From the NCBI GenBank assembly GCA_002792735.1, contig PFOW01000058.1:1-59358 (forward strand): 59,358 bases of DNA. The letters run 5' to 3'. The DNA is from a bacterium CG_4_10_14_0_2_um_filter_33_32 (GTDB lineage Bacteria; Patescibacteriota; CPR2_A; CG2-30-33-46). Under the pieces are notes generated by a model. The model saw only the letters and a list, made by a program, of their open reading frames with translations. It searched no databases and was not told the DNA's origin. Below, one piece after another: positions 38,562 to 47,642 of this stretch (positions within the stretch are counted from its first letter, which is position 1; every line of letters begins with the position of its first letter). The position numbers and the translations under genes are program-made.

Positions 38562-40313
38562 ATGAATAAAAAAGAGAAAAAACAAGATTTACAAACACTA
38601 AGGCATTCCGCAGCTCATGTTTTAGCTCAAGCAGTCTTACAAATGTTTCCGGAAGCCAAACTTGCGATAGGACCATCAACTGATGAAGGATTCTATTATG
38701 ATTTTGATCTGCCAAGAACTTTAATACCGGAAGATTTAGATATTTTAGAAAAAAAGATGAAAGATATAATAAAAGCCGATTATCAGGTTAAGCCAGAGGA
38801 AGTAGTAAAGGAAAAAGCGCTGGATTTTTATAAAAAGGGAAAACAGGTATACAAACGCGAGCTAATTAACGATATCCCTAAGAAAAAAGTTTATTTTTAT
38901 AGGCAGAATGATTTTGTTGATCTATGTGCCGGTCCTCATGTTAAATCAACAGGAGAGATTAAAGCATTTAAACTCTTGAAAATTGCCGGAGCTTACTGGC
39001 GAGGGGACGAGAAAAGACCCATGTTGCAGAGGATTTATGGTACTGTTTTTTATACTCAAAAAGAACTTGAAGAATATTTGAAAAATTTAGAAGAAGCGAA
39101 AAAAAGAGACCATCGAAGACTAGGGAAAGATTTAGATCTTTTCGTATTTTCAGATTTAGTTGGGCAGGGTCTTCCTTTATTTACACCAAAAGGAACTATT
39201 ATACGTCAAGAAATGCAGAAATATTCTAGCGAATTGAGAAAAGAAATTGACTATCAGGAAGTTAGTACCCAAGAGATAAATAAAGGTGAATTATTTAAAA
39301 TCTCCGGCCATTACGAGAAATATAAAGAAGATATGTTTCAAATTTTTTCTCATCACACAAAAGAAGAATATTTTTTAAAGCCCATGAATTGTCCCCAGCA
39401 CACCCAGATTTACGCCTCTAAAATAAGAAGCTATAAAGATCTACCTTACAAAGTAGCTGATTTCTCAATGATTTATAGAGATGAGAAGCCGGGTGAGGTT
39501 GGTGGATTAACTAGAGTCAGAGGGTTTGAGATGGACGATGGACATTGTTTCTGTAGAGAAGATCAGATAGAAGCAGAATTTGATAAAGTTCTAAAAGCCA
39601 TTAAAAAAGCACTTAAGACCTATGGCATGGATTTTTATGTAAGACTTTCCTTAAGGGATCCGAAAGAGAAAGCTAAATATCTTGGTGATGATCAAGTTTG
39701 GAACAAATCTGAAAAAATATTAGAAAAAATAGCTAAAGATAACAAAATCTCTTATGAAATAGGGATAGGTGAAGCAGCTTTTTACGGTCCTAAGATGGAT
39801 ATTATGGCAAAAGATGCTTTAAATAGAGAACACCAGATTTCCACTATCCAGTTGGATTTTAACATGCCTAAGAGGTTTAATTTAAGTTATGCAAGTGATG
39901 ACGGCAAAAATTATATGCCGGTTATGATTCACAGCGCTCTTATCGGTTCGATTGATAGATTTTTGGGAGTTCTAATCGAACATTATGCCGGCGCTTTTCC
40001 AGCTTGGCTAGCTCCTGTTCAGGTAATTATTATTCCGATATCTGATAAGAAACATCTAAAATATGCCAAAGAAATAAGTAAAAATGTTTTAGAAAAAGAT
40101 ATTAGGGTTGAGATTGACTCAAGGCCGGAATCAGTTGGTAAAAAAATAAGAGAAGCGGAACTTCAAAAAATTCCTTACATGTTTATTGTTGGAGATAAAG
40201 AGATTAAAGCAAAGAAAATATCGGTTAGAAACTACAAAAAAGGCGATTTAGGCCAAAAGAGTTTAAAATTTATAGATGATATCAAACAAGAGATTGATAA
40301 AAGACAGGGTTAG
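38562..40313 (+). CDS. thrS: threonine--tRNA ligase (no N-terminal TGS domain)
   Basis: RHSAAH, DLCAGPH, RDHRRLG, KPMNCP, AAFYGPK, TIQLDF. Confidence 0.98.
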   Translation: MNKKEKKQDLQTLRHSAAHVLAQAVLQMFPEAKLAIGPSTDEGFYYDFDLPRTLIPEDLDILEKKMKDIIKADYQVKPEEVVKEKALDFYKKGKQVYKRELINDIPKKKVYFYRQNDFVDLCAGPHVKSTGEIKAFKLLKIAGAYWRGDEKRPMLQRIYGTVFYTQKELEEYLKNLEEAKKRDHRRLGKDLDLFVFSDLVGQGLPLFTPKGTIIRQEMQKYSSELRKEIDYQEVSTQEINKGELFKISGHYEKYKEDMFQIFSHHTKEEYFLKPMNCPQHTQIYASKIRSYKDLPYKVADFSMIYRDEKPGEVGGLTRVRGFEMDDGHCFCREDQIEAEFDKVLKAIKKALKTYGMDFYVRLSLRDPKEKAKYLGDDQVWNKSEKILEKIAKDNKISYEIGIGEAAFYGPKMDIMAKDALNREHQISTIQLDFNMPKRFNLSYASDDGKNYMPVMIHSALIGSIDRFLGVLIEHYAGAFPAWLAPVQVIIIPISDKKHLKYAKEISKNVLEKDIRVEIDSRPESVGKKIREAELQKIPYMFIVGDKEIKAKKISVRNYKKGDLGQKSLKFIDDIKQEIDKRQG

Positions 40314-40317
40314 ATGA

Positions 40318-40908
40318 CTAGTTATTTCTATGATGCTCGATGATTTTATCAATTTCTCGTAAGGCGTGGTTATAATCTGCATCTATGGTTTTTACAAAAT
40401 GATCTATTAGTTTTTCTTTTTTAAGGGTTTTTATGTAATCAAGTTCTTTTTCGGTAATTTTTATTCGGTTTCTGATGTATTCTTTGTCATGCCCTCTTTT
40501 GATAAGTCTTTTTTTTACATTTTTCAGTATAGGGTCTTCAGTCAAAACGCATATAATTTTTATATGTTTGTAAGTTTTCTTAAGTTTTTTTACTCTATCA
40601 ACGGTTAAAGTTAAAACACAGTCACCTTTTTGAAGAAATTTTTCTACGTCTTTTTTAAGTTTTCCGTAATAATGGCCGCCAAAAGATGTATATTCTAGTA
40701 GTTCCCTGTTTTTTATATGTTTTTCAAACGCCTCTAAAGTAATATGCTGGTATTCAGCTAAATTTCCTTTTCGAGGGGGTCTGGTTGTAGTTGAAGGTAT
40801 ATAAAAAAAACCATGCTTTTCCCGCATGTGTCTTGAGAGATCAGTTTTCCCAACTGCCCCCGGTCCTATTAATCCAAAAAGACAGTTTTTCTTATTTTGT
40901 CTCTCCAT
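40318..40908 (-). CDS. gmk: guanylate kinase-like protein
   Basis: GPGAVGKT, STTTRPPR, LLEY..GHYYG. Confidence 0.75.
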   Translation of the reverse strand: MERQNKKNCLFGLIGPGAVGKTDLSRHMREKHGFFYIPSTTTRPPRKGNLAEYQHITLEAFEKHIKNRELLEYTSFGGHYYGKLKKDVEKFLQKGDCVLTLTVDRVKKLKKTYKHIKIICVLTEDPILKNVKKRLIKRGHDKEYIRNRIKITEKELDYIKTLKKEKLIDHFVKTIDADYNHALREIDKIIEHHRNN

Positions 40909-40923
40909 GTATAAATTATATAG

Positions 40924-40953
40924 AGTAAACAGCTAACAGTAAACAGTTAACAG
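40924..40953. repeat. heptamer tandem repeat
   Basis: AGTAAAC AGCTAAC AGTAAAC AGTTAAC AG. Confidence 0.8.
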
Positions 40954-41012
40954 ATGATCAAGAATTTTAATTGGCTTTTTAAAATAGTTGAATTATAGTA
41001 GCATATGAAGAT

Positions 41013-42350
41013 ATGAATAATACAAAACTAAAATATTATATTTGGATAATTGGGTGTCAAATGAACAAATCGGATGCAGAACGTGTTGTTTCTGTTCTGA
41101 ATGATTTGGGATTTGAAAGAACCGAAGATGAAAAATCAGCTGATTTAATTATTGCTTTAGCATGTTCTGTAAGACAAACAGCAATTGACAGAATTTACGG
41201 CAAAGCCAAGAAATGGAACGAAATAAAGAAAAATCGAAAATTGATAACTATGCTTTCAGGTTGTGTTCTGGACGCTGATAAGCCAAAAATGGGAAAAATA
41301 TTCGATTATCTGTTTAATATTTCTGATTTAAGCAAGCTTCCTTTGTTATTAGGCGAAAGTGATTCAGTCAGATGCCAAGATTACTTTAAGATTAAACCGA
41401 TTTATGAATCTTATTTTTCCGCGTTTATTCCGATAATGACTGGATGCAACAATTTTTGTACTTATTGTGCCGTGCCCTATACAAGGGGAAGAGAAAAATA
41501 CAGAGAAAGGCAAGAAATAATTAAGGAAATTTTAGGATTAGTAAAAAAAGGCTATAAAGAAATAACGCTTCTTGGGCAGAATGTTAATTCCTACGGAATT
41601 AGTAAACAGTTAACAGTAAATACTTCGACTATACTCAGCACAGGTAGTAAACAGGGAGATCAAGAAACTAACAATAAAAACAATTTTGCTGAGTTACTTA
41701 GAGAAGTGAATAAAATTCCGGGAAATTTTTGGATAAGATTTTTAACATCAAACCCTCATGACATGTCAGATGAGATAATTGACGCTGTCGCTGAAAGTAA
41801 AAAGATATGTGAATACATCCATTTACCAGTGCAGGTAGGCAATAATGAGGTTCTTAAGAATATGAACAGGAAGTATACAAGGGAGCATTATTTAGAATTG
41901 ATTGAAAAGATAAAGACGAGAATCCCCGGCGTTGCTATTTCTACTGATACCATTGTAGGTTTTCCCGGAGAAACAAAAGAGCAATTTAAAGATACGATTG
42001 ATATCTATCAAAAGGTAGGTTACACAATGGCCTATATAGCCCAATATTCTCCTCGGTCAGGTACAGTATCAGCTAAAATGAAAGATGATGTATCTAGGGA
42101 AGAGAAAAAAAGACGAGATAAAGAATTGACAAGTATTTTAGAAAAAACAGCCCTAAAGGATAATGAAAAATATATCAACGAAACAATTGATGTTTTAGTT
42201 GATTTAAAAAAGAAAGACTATTTATATGGAAGAACCAGGACTTATAAATTAGTTCAATTTAAAGGCGAGGAAGATTTAATTGGTAATTTTGTTAAAGTTA
42301 AGATTTCTTCGGTTACTCCTTGGGCTATGAAGGGGGACATAATAGAATAA
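41013..42350 (+). CDS. miaB: tRNA methylthiotransferase MiaB
   Basis: GCQMN, CSVR, CNNFCTYC, LLGQNVNSY, TRAM domain. Confidence 0.93.
   Translation: MNNTKLKYYIWIIGCQMNKSDAERVVSVLNDLGFERTEDEKSADLIIALACSVRQTAIDRIYGKAKKWNEIKKNRKLITMLSGCVLDADKPKMGKIFDYLFNISDLSKLPLLLGESDSVRCQDYFKIKPIYESYFSAFIPIMTGCNNFCTYCAVPYTRGREKYRERQEIIKEILGLVKKGYKEITLLGQNVNSYGISKQLTVNTSTILSTGSKQGDQETNNKNNFAELLREVNKIPGNFWIRFLTSNPHDMSDEIIDAVAESKKICEYIHLPVQVGNNEVLKNMNRKYTREHYLELIEKIKTRIPGVAISTDTIVGFPGETKEQFKDTIDIYQKVGYTMAYIAQYSPRSGTVSAKMKDDVSREEKKRRDKELTSILEKTALKDNEKYINETIDVLVDLKKKDYLYGRTRTYKLVQFKGEEDLIGNFVKVKISSVTPWAMKGDIIE
41601..41652 (+). repeat. in-frame heptamer array with 24-nt insert inside miaB
   Basis: AGTAAAC AGTTAAC AGTAAAT [ACTTCGACTATACTCAGCACAGGT] AGTAAAC. 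Confidence 0.7.
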
Positions 42351-42351
42351 A

Positions 42352-42384
42352 AAAATCCGTCACTCGTTTATCGTGACGGATTTT
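42352..42384. terminator. bidirectional terminator
   Basis: AAAATCCGTCAC..GTGACGGATTTT between convergent genes. Confidence 0.8.
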
Positions 42385-42400
42385 AGAATATAAACTGAGA

Positions 42401-42928
42401 CTATTTACCTTGAGATCCCGTTGTTGGCGCAGATTCAAAATTGGGTAATGTTTGAGGCTGTGATGTTGTTGTAAAAAATAAAATTAGGATAAATATGGCT
42501 AGCCATATGACTTCTAAGAAAATAATATACACAAGGGATGCCCAATCTTTCGTATAAATCGCATTTAACAATGGGATGGCTACAACGCTAAGTATAAGCA
42601 ATATAGCTGAAGACACTATAAAGGCAAAGTACATAGTAGCGCTTGTGAAAAACTTTTCCTGTAGTATTCCAGATGCAACTCCTGATGCATATCCGATACC
42701 AATTAGGAGTAGAGTAGAGAAGAGACTCAACGTTAGATTTTTAATTGAAAATACTTCTTTTAAGCTTTTTATAGCCTTTTCAACTATCTTATTTTGCTTT
42801 TTCTCTGTTTTTTCCTCGGTTTTTACGGATTCCATTGGTTTTTCACTAACTTCAGTTTTTTCAATTGAGCTTTCTTCGTTTTTTGTCTCGTCCATTGTGT
42901 TTTCTTCTGGTTTTATTTCGCCTGTCAT
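42401..42928 (-). CDS. hypothetical membrane protein (3 TM)
   Basis: Acidic N-terminus followed by three hydrophobic segments; GGAG RBS. Confidence 0.7.
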   Translation of the reverse strand: MTGEIKPEENTMDETKNEESSIEKTEVSEKPMESVKTEEKTEKKQNKIVEKAIKSLKEVFSIKNLTLSLFSTLLLIGIGYASGVASGILQEKFFTSATMYFAFIVSSAILLILSVVAIPLLNAIYTKDWASLVYIIFLEVIWLAIFILILFFTTTSQPQTLPNFESAPTTGSQGK

Positions 42929-42988
42929 TTTTTCTCCTTTAATAATAAAATTTAAATATCGAGTATAGTAAAAAAAGTATAGCAGATT

Positions 42989-43933
42989 ATGAAGTTTATA
43001 ACAATATTAGGGTCTACTGCTTCAGGGAAAACAAGCTTGGCTATTAAGATGGCTAAGAATTTTAATGGTGAAATAGTTAATGCCGATTCAAAAATTCTAT
43101 ATCGATATTTAGATATTGGGACAGATAAACCTTTAAAAAGTAAAAAGGAGACCCTTCGATTTCGCTCAGGGCAGACAGTAAAAAGGAAAAAAGATGAAGA
43201 ATACATAGTAGAAGGAATTCTTCATCATCTAACAGATATCTTAGAGCCAGATGAAGAATTTTCAATCGCACAATATCAAAAAATAGCATCTATTACTATA
43301 AAAGATATCCAAAAGAGAGGGAAAATACCATTTTTAGTCGGCGGCTCACCTCTTTATATAGAATCAGTAATATATAATTATAAAATTCCCAAAATAACTC
43401 CAGACAAACGATTAAGAGATAAGCTATCAAAAAAATCATTAGATAATTTAGTAAAGACGTTAAAGAAAATTAACCCTGAAAATTTTCAATTTGTTGATTT
43501 AAAAAATAAACGAAGAGTTATAAGAGCGATTGAAATTTCTTTAAATAAAGAAAAAAGTTTGAGAAAAACTAACGCAAGAAAATTATCAAAAAATATATTG
43601 GTTTTAGGTATAAAAAAAGATAGAGAAGAACTATACAAAAAGATTAACGACCGGGTGGATAATATGATTAAAAAGGGTTTAGTATCTGAAGTGAAGAAAA
43701 TAATAAAAAAATACGGCAAAGAAGCGCCGGCCCTTTTTGGTATTGGTTACAGGCAAATTATTCAATACTTAGAAGGAAAAATATTGTTAGATCAGGCAAT
43801 AGAACTTATTAAAAGAGACTCAAGGAGATTTGCTAAGCGTCAATTAACTTGGTTTAAGCGTGATAAAAATATTAAATGGATAGAATCATCTGCAGAAGCT
43901 AGATTACTTATAGAAAATTTCCTTAAATCCTAA
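42989..43933 (+). CDS. miaA: tRNA dimethylallyltransferase
   Basis: GSTASGKT, IVNADS, DIGTDKP, VGGSPLY, AKRQLTW. Confidence 0.96.
   Translation: MKFITILGSTASGKTSLAIKMAKNFNGEIVNADSKILYRYLDIGTDKPLKSKKETLRFRSGQTVKRKKDEEYIVEGILHHLTDILEPDEEFSIAQYQKIASITIKDIQKRGKIPFLVGGSPLYIESVIYNYKIPKITPDKRLRDKLSKKSLDNLVKTLKKINPENFQFVDLKNKRRVIRAIEISLNKEKSLRKTNARKLSKNILVLGIKKDREELYKKINDRVDNMIKKGLVSEVKKIIKKYGKEAPALFGIGYRQIIQYLEGKILLDQAIELIKRDSRRFAKRQLTWFKRDKNIKWIESSAEARLLIENFLKS
43139..43190 (+). repeat. in-frame heptamer array with 24-nt insert inside miaA
   Basis: AGTAAAA AGGAGAC [CCTTCGATTTCGCTCAGGGCAGAC] AGTAAAA AGGAAAA. Confidence 0.7.
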
Positions 43934-43990
43934 TAGATTGTTTATTAAGCATACAGATGATAATATATTAATGATAATTATAGAGATCTA

Positions 43991-45049
43991 ATGAAAAACA
44001 CAAACGATATAAGTACTCCTCCCTTACCTCCTATTCCTCCCCCTGTTTATGTAAAAAAAAGCGGCGGAGAATTTGTAAAAGGCTTGAAATGGAGTTTAGG
44101 CATAAATGCTGGTTGTTGCGGTGTTTTTATGATATTTTTCTTTTTAATTTTTACGTTGTTTGCAATTTTGGGGGCATTGGCAGTAGGTATAGGTTCTTCG
44201 GATTTGAATAAAACAAAAGAATCATCAATTGAAGGCATAGGTCCTGATAAAATAGCTATCATTAACATATCAGGAGAGATATTGTCGGGGAGCCAATCTT
44301 CTGTTTTTGATTCAGCCAATGCTGATTCTAAAACGATAATAAGCCAACTTAAGAAAGCAAAGGAAGACCCATTCGTAAGAGCAGTTGTATTAAGAATCAA
44401 TACTCCGGGCGGATCCGCTACGGCTAGTGATGAAATTCATAATAAAGTAAAAGAATTAGCAAAAGAGAAAAAGGTTGTAGCTTCTTTCGATGGTTTGGCC
44501 GCAAGCGGCGGTTATTATATAGCCTGCGGTTCAGATAAAATTTTTGCCAACCCAGCTACTCTTACTGGAAGTATTGGGGTTATTATAACAATACCTAACC
44601 TTTCTAGCTTATATGACAAAATAGGATATAAAGAAGTTGTTATAAAGTCAGGAAAATTAAAAGATATTGGTTCTTCTACAAGAGAGCTAACAAGTGAAGA
44701 AAAGGATATTTTTCAGGGCTTGATCGATGATTTTTATGAGCGGTTTGTAGAAGTAGTTTCAGACGGCCGTAAAATGAGTAAAGATGAAGTTAAGAAAATT
44801 GCGGATGGCAGGATTTATTCTGGAAAACAGGCCAAAGCATTAAAATTGATTGATAATTTCGGCGGTTTAGACGAAGCTATTAGTGAAGCTAAAATTTTGG
44901 CTAATATACAAAATGCGCAAGTGATAGAATACCGCCATTCTTTTTGGGAAGATCTTTCAGGCGTAAGCAGCAGGATCGCTGAGAAAATTAAATTATTTAG
45001 TTTTCCTACAAAGAGTTCACCTTCATTAGAATATAAATGGATTGAATAA
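43991..45049 (+). CDS. sppA: signal peptide peptidase SppA (S49)
   Basis: RINTPGG, AASGGYY, TGSIGV, IADGRIYSG. Confidence 0.93.
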   Translation: MKNTNDISTPPLPPIPPPVYVKKSGGEFVKGLKWSLGINAGCCGVFMIFFFLIFTLFAILGALAVGIGSSDLNKTKESSIEGIGPDKIAIINISGEILSGSQSSVFDSANADSKTIISQLKKAKEDPFVRAVVLRINTPGGSATASDEIHNKVKELAKEKKVVASFDGLAASGGYYIACGSDKIFANPATLTGSIGVIITIPNLSSLYDKIGYKEVVIKSGKLKDIGSSTRELTSEEKDIFQGLIDDFYERFVEVVSDGRKMSKDEVKKIADGRIYSGKQAKALKLIDNFGGLDEAISEAKILANIQNAQVIEYRHSFWEDLSGVSSRIAEKIKLFSFPTKSSPSLEYKWIE

Positions 45050-45058
45050 ATTAAATAA

Positions 45059-46582
45059 ATGATCTCTAAAATAAATTCAGCATCAATAGTCGGATTAGAG
45101 GCGGTTCCAGTAGAAGTGGAATCTGATATAAGCAACGGTTTGCCGAATTTTCTTATCGTTGGTTTACCTGATAAATCTGTTGAAGAAGCCAAAGAAAGAG
45201 TCAGATCTGCTGTTAAAAATTCAAATGCGGTTTTTCCAACAAAAAGAATAACTGTTAATTTAGCGCCCGCTGACTTAAGGAAAGAAGGGTCTTCTTTCGA
45301 TCTGCCTGTAGCTGTATCAATCATGGCAGCATCAGGTCAAATAAAAGTAGATGACGGTGATTTATTTATAGGAGAATTAGCCTTAGATGGTATGTTAAGG
45401 AAAGTTAACGGTATTCTTTCCATTGTTATAATGGCCAGAGAAAGAGGGTTTAAGAATATATTTTTGCCGCTGGAAAATGAGAAAGAGGCATCTGCTGTTG
45501 AGGGTGTTAAAATCTTTCCCATAAAAAATTTAGAAGAATTAATGATGGGTTTAAGGGGTGATATTAATTTACGCAAAGTAGAAAGTAATCTTGATATAAA
45601 AGATTTTTTAAATAATGAAGAAGATATTCAAAGTGACTTAGATTTTTCTTTGGTTTCAGGGCAAGAGCACGCAAAAAGGGCATTAGAAATAGCTGCCTCT
45701 GGAGGTCATAATGTTTTAATGATAGGTCCTCCAGGAACAGGAAAGACATTATTAGCTAAGGCTTTTACAACAATATTGCCTAAGATGACATTTGAAGAAA
45801 TGCTTGAAATATCCAGGATATATTCTGTTTCAGGTTTTTTAGAGCCAAATAAACCACTTCTAACAAAGCGCCCTTTTAGAAATCCTCATCATACGGCTTC
45901 CCGCATAGCTTTAGTCGGAGGAGGTCAAAGGCCCAAGCCTGGTGAGATTAGCCTTGCGCATAGGGGTGTTTTGTTTTTAGATGAATTTTCTGAGTTTCCG
46001 AAAGCCGTTTTAGAAGTTTTAAGACAGCCATTAGAAGATGGTAAAATTACTATTTCAAGGGCTTCGGCTAGCTTAACTTATCCGTCAGTTTTTATTCTTA
46101 TTGCGGCTTCTAATCCTTGTCCTTGCGGATATCTGGGTGACGAAAGCAAAGAGTGTGTATGTTCAAATTCACAAATAATTAACTATTCGAAGAAAATATC
46201 AGGACCTATTATGGATAGGATAGATATACATATTAGAGTGCCGAGGGTTAAATATGATAAATTAAGAGATAATAGAAGCGCTGAGTCTTCTTTTATGATT
46301 AGGGAGCGAGTTGAAAAAGCCAGGGATATTCAAGTTTCCCGATTTGCTAATAAAAAAATTACATCAAACGCTGAGATGGGTGTTAGGGAAATAAAAGATT
46401 TTTGTATTGTAGACTCTGATACTGAATCTATTTTAAAACAAGCAGTAGATAATTTATCAATATCAGTTAGGGGATATCATAAAATTTTAAAACTAGCTAG
46501 AACAATCGCGGATTTAGAAAATGAGGATAATATAAAACAATATCATGTGACAGAAGCTATTCAATATAGGCAGGCTAGCTAA
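45059..46582 (+). CDS. comM: YifB/ComM Mg-chelatase-like AAA ATPase
   Basis: VNLAPADLRK, GPPGTGKT, PHHTAS, FLDEF, NPCPCG. Confidence 0.92.
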   Translation: MISKINSASIVGLEAVPVEVESDISNGLPNFLIVGLPDKSVEEAKERVRSAVKNSNAVFPTKRITVNLAPADLRKEGSSFDLPVAVSIMAASGQIKVDDGDLFIGELALDGMLRKVNGILSIVIMARERGFKNIFLPLENEKEASAVEGVKIFPIKNLEELMMGLRGDINLRKVESNLDIKDFLNNEEDIQSDLDFSLVSGQEHAKRALEIAASGGHNVLMIGPPGTGKTLLAKAFTTILPKMTFEEMLEISRIYSVSGFLEPNKPLLTKRPFRNPHHTASRIALVGGGQRPKPGEISLAHRGVLFLDEFSEFPKAVLEVLRQPLEDGKITISRASASLTYPSVFILIAASNPCPCGYLGDESKECVCSNSQIINYSKKISGPIMDRIDIHIRVPRVKYDKLRDNRSAESSFMIRERVEKARDIQVSRFANKKITSNAEMGVREIKDFCIVDSDTESILKQAVDNLSISVRGYHKILKLARTIADLENEDNIKQYHVTEAIQYRQAS

Positions 46583-46643
46583 TAATTCTTATTTAAAAAA
46601 AGTATAATATTGTTATAATATTTAAAGTTATTAAAAAAAAGAG

Positions 46644-47627
46644 ATGGCAAAAAAACCCGTAATTAAAACTGTAAATCTCTGCAAATATTATCAGATGGGA
46701 AAAACAACGGTTCGTGCGAACCAAAAGATTAATATTGAGGTTTATTCTGGAGAATTTGTTATAATTTTTGGTCAATCAGGCTGCGGCAAGTCAACACTGA
46801 TGAGCTTGTTGGCTGGTTTAGATGAGCCTACTTCAGGAGAGATCTTGGTAAGAGGTGAAAAACTGAATGGTTTAAACGCGCTTCAGCTTGCAAAATACAG
46901 AAGGACTAAGATTGGAATGGTTTTTCAACAATATAATCTTATTAAAACCATGACTGCTGTTGAAAATGTCGCTCTTCCGCTTACGTTTGATGGCAGACCT
47001 AAAAGGCTTAGAACTCAAAGAGCTGAAAATTGTTTAGACATGGTAGGTATGCAAAGTTATAAAGACCATACTCCCGCCGAATTATCAGGAGGTCAACAGC
47101 AAAGAGTGGCTATTGCCAGAGCTTGGGTTACCAGCCCCTGGATTGTGTTAGCTGATGAGCCAACAGGTAATTTAGACAGTAAATCAGCTAATGACATTAT
47201 GGAGTTGCTAAAAAAATTAAGCGTTAAATCTAAACGAATAGTTGTTTTGATTACTCATAACCCCGATTATATTAAATACGCTGATAAGGTTTTTTATATA
47301 AGAGATGGTGTTATAACTAAAGTTACAGGTAAATCTAAAAGCGTTAAGAAGAGTAAGCCAAAAGCTACTTTAGAATTTTTGGAAATTGATCCTAAAATAG
47401 TAAGAGATCTTAAAAAGGTAGGATATAAATCAGCTCAAGATATTATTTCTGCAAAAATATCTGATTTAATACAGGTTTCGGGTGTGAATGAGGTAGAAGC
47501 GGCTAAGATTCAAAAAGCTGCCACTAAGTTTTTGGAAGGGGAAGAAACAGGTGATTCAGGATCCACAGAGGGTAATGAAGCAGACGAAGATTTAGAAGGA
47601 GAAAATTCTGGCAGCTTAACTAGCTAA
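46644..47627 (+). CDS. MacB/LolD-type ABC ATPase with C-terminal helix-hairpin-helix domain
   Basis: GQSGCGKST, LSGGQQQR, LADEPTGNLD; then IDPKIVRDLKKVGY..LIQVSGV. Confidence 0.9.
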   Translation: MAKKPVIKTVNLCKYYQMGKTTVRANQKINIEVYSGEFVIIFGQSGCGKSTLMSLLAGLDEPTSGEILVRGEKLNGLNALQLAKYRRTKIGMVFQQYNLIKTMTAVENVALPLTFDGRPKRLRTQRAENCLDMVGMQSYKDHTPAELSGGQQQRVAIARAWVTSPWIVLADEPTGNLDSKSANDIMELLKKLSVKSKRIVVLITHNPDYIKYADKVFYIRDGVITKVTGKSKSVKKSKPKATLEFLEIDPKIVRDLKKVGYKSAQDIISAKISDLIQVSGVNEVEAAKIQKAATKFLEGEETGDSGSTEGNEADEDLEGENSGSLTS

Positions 47628-47642
47628 CAAAGAAGGTAAAAT

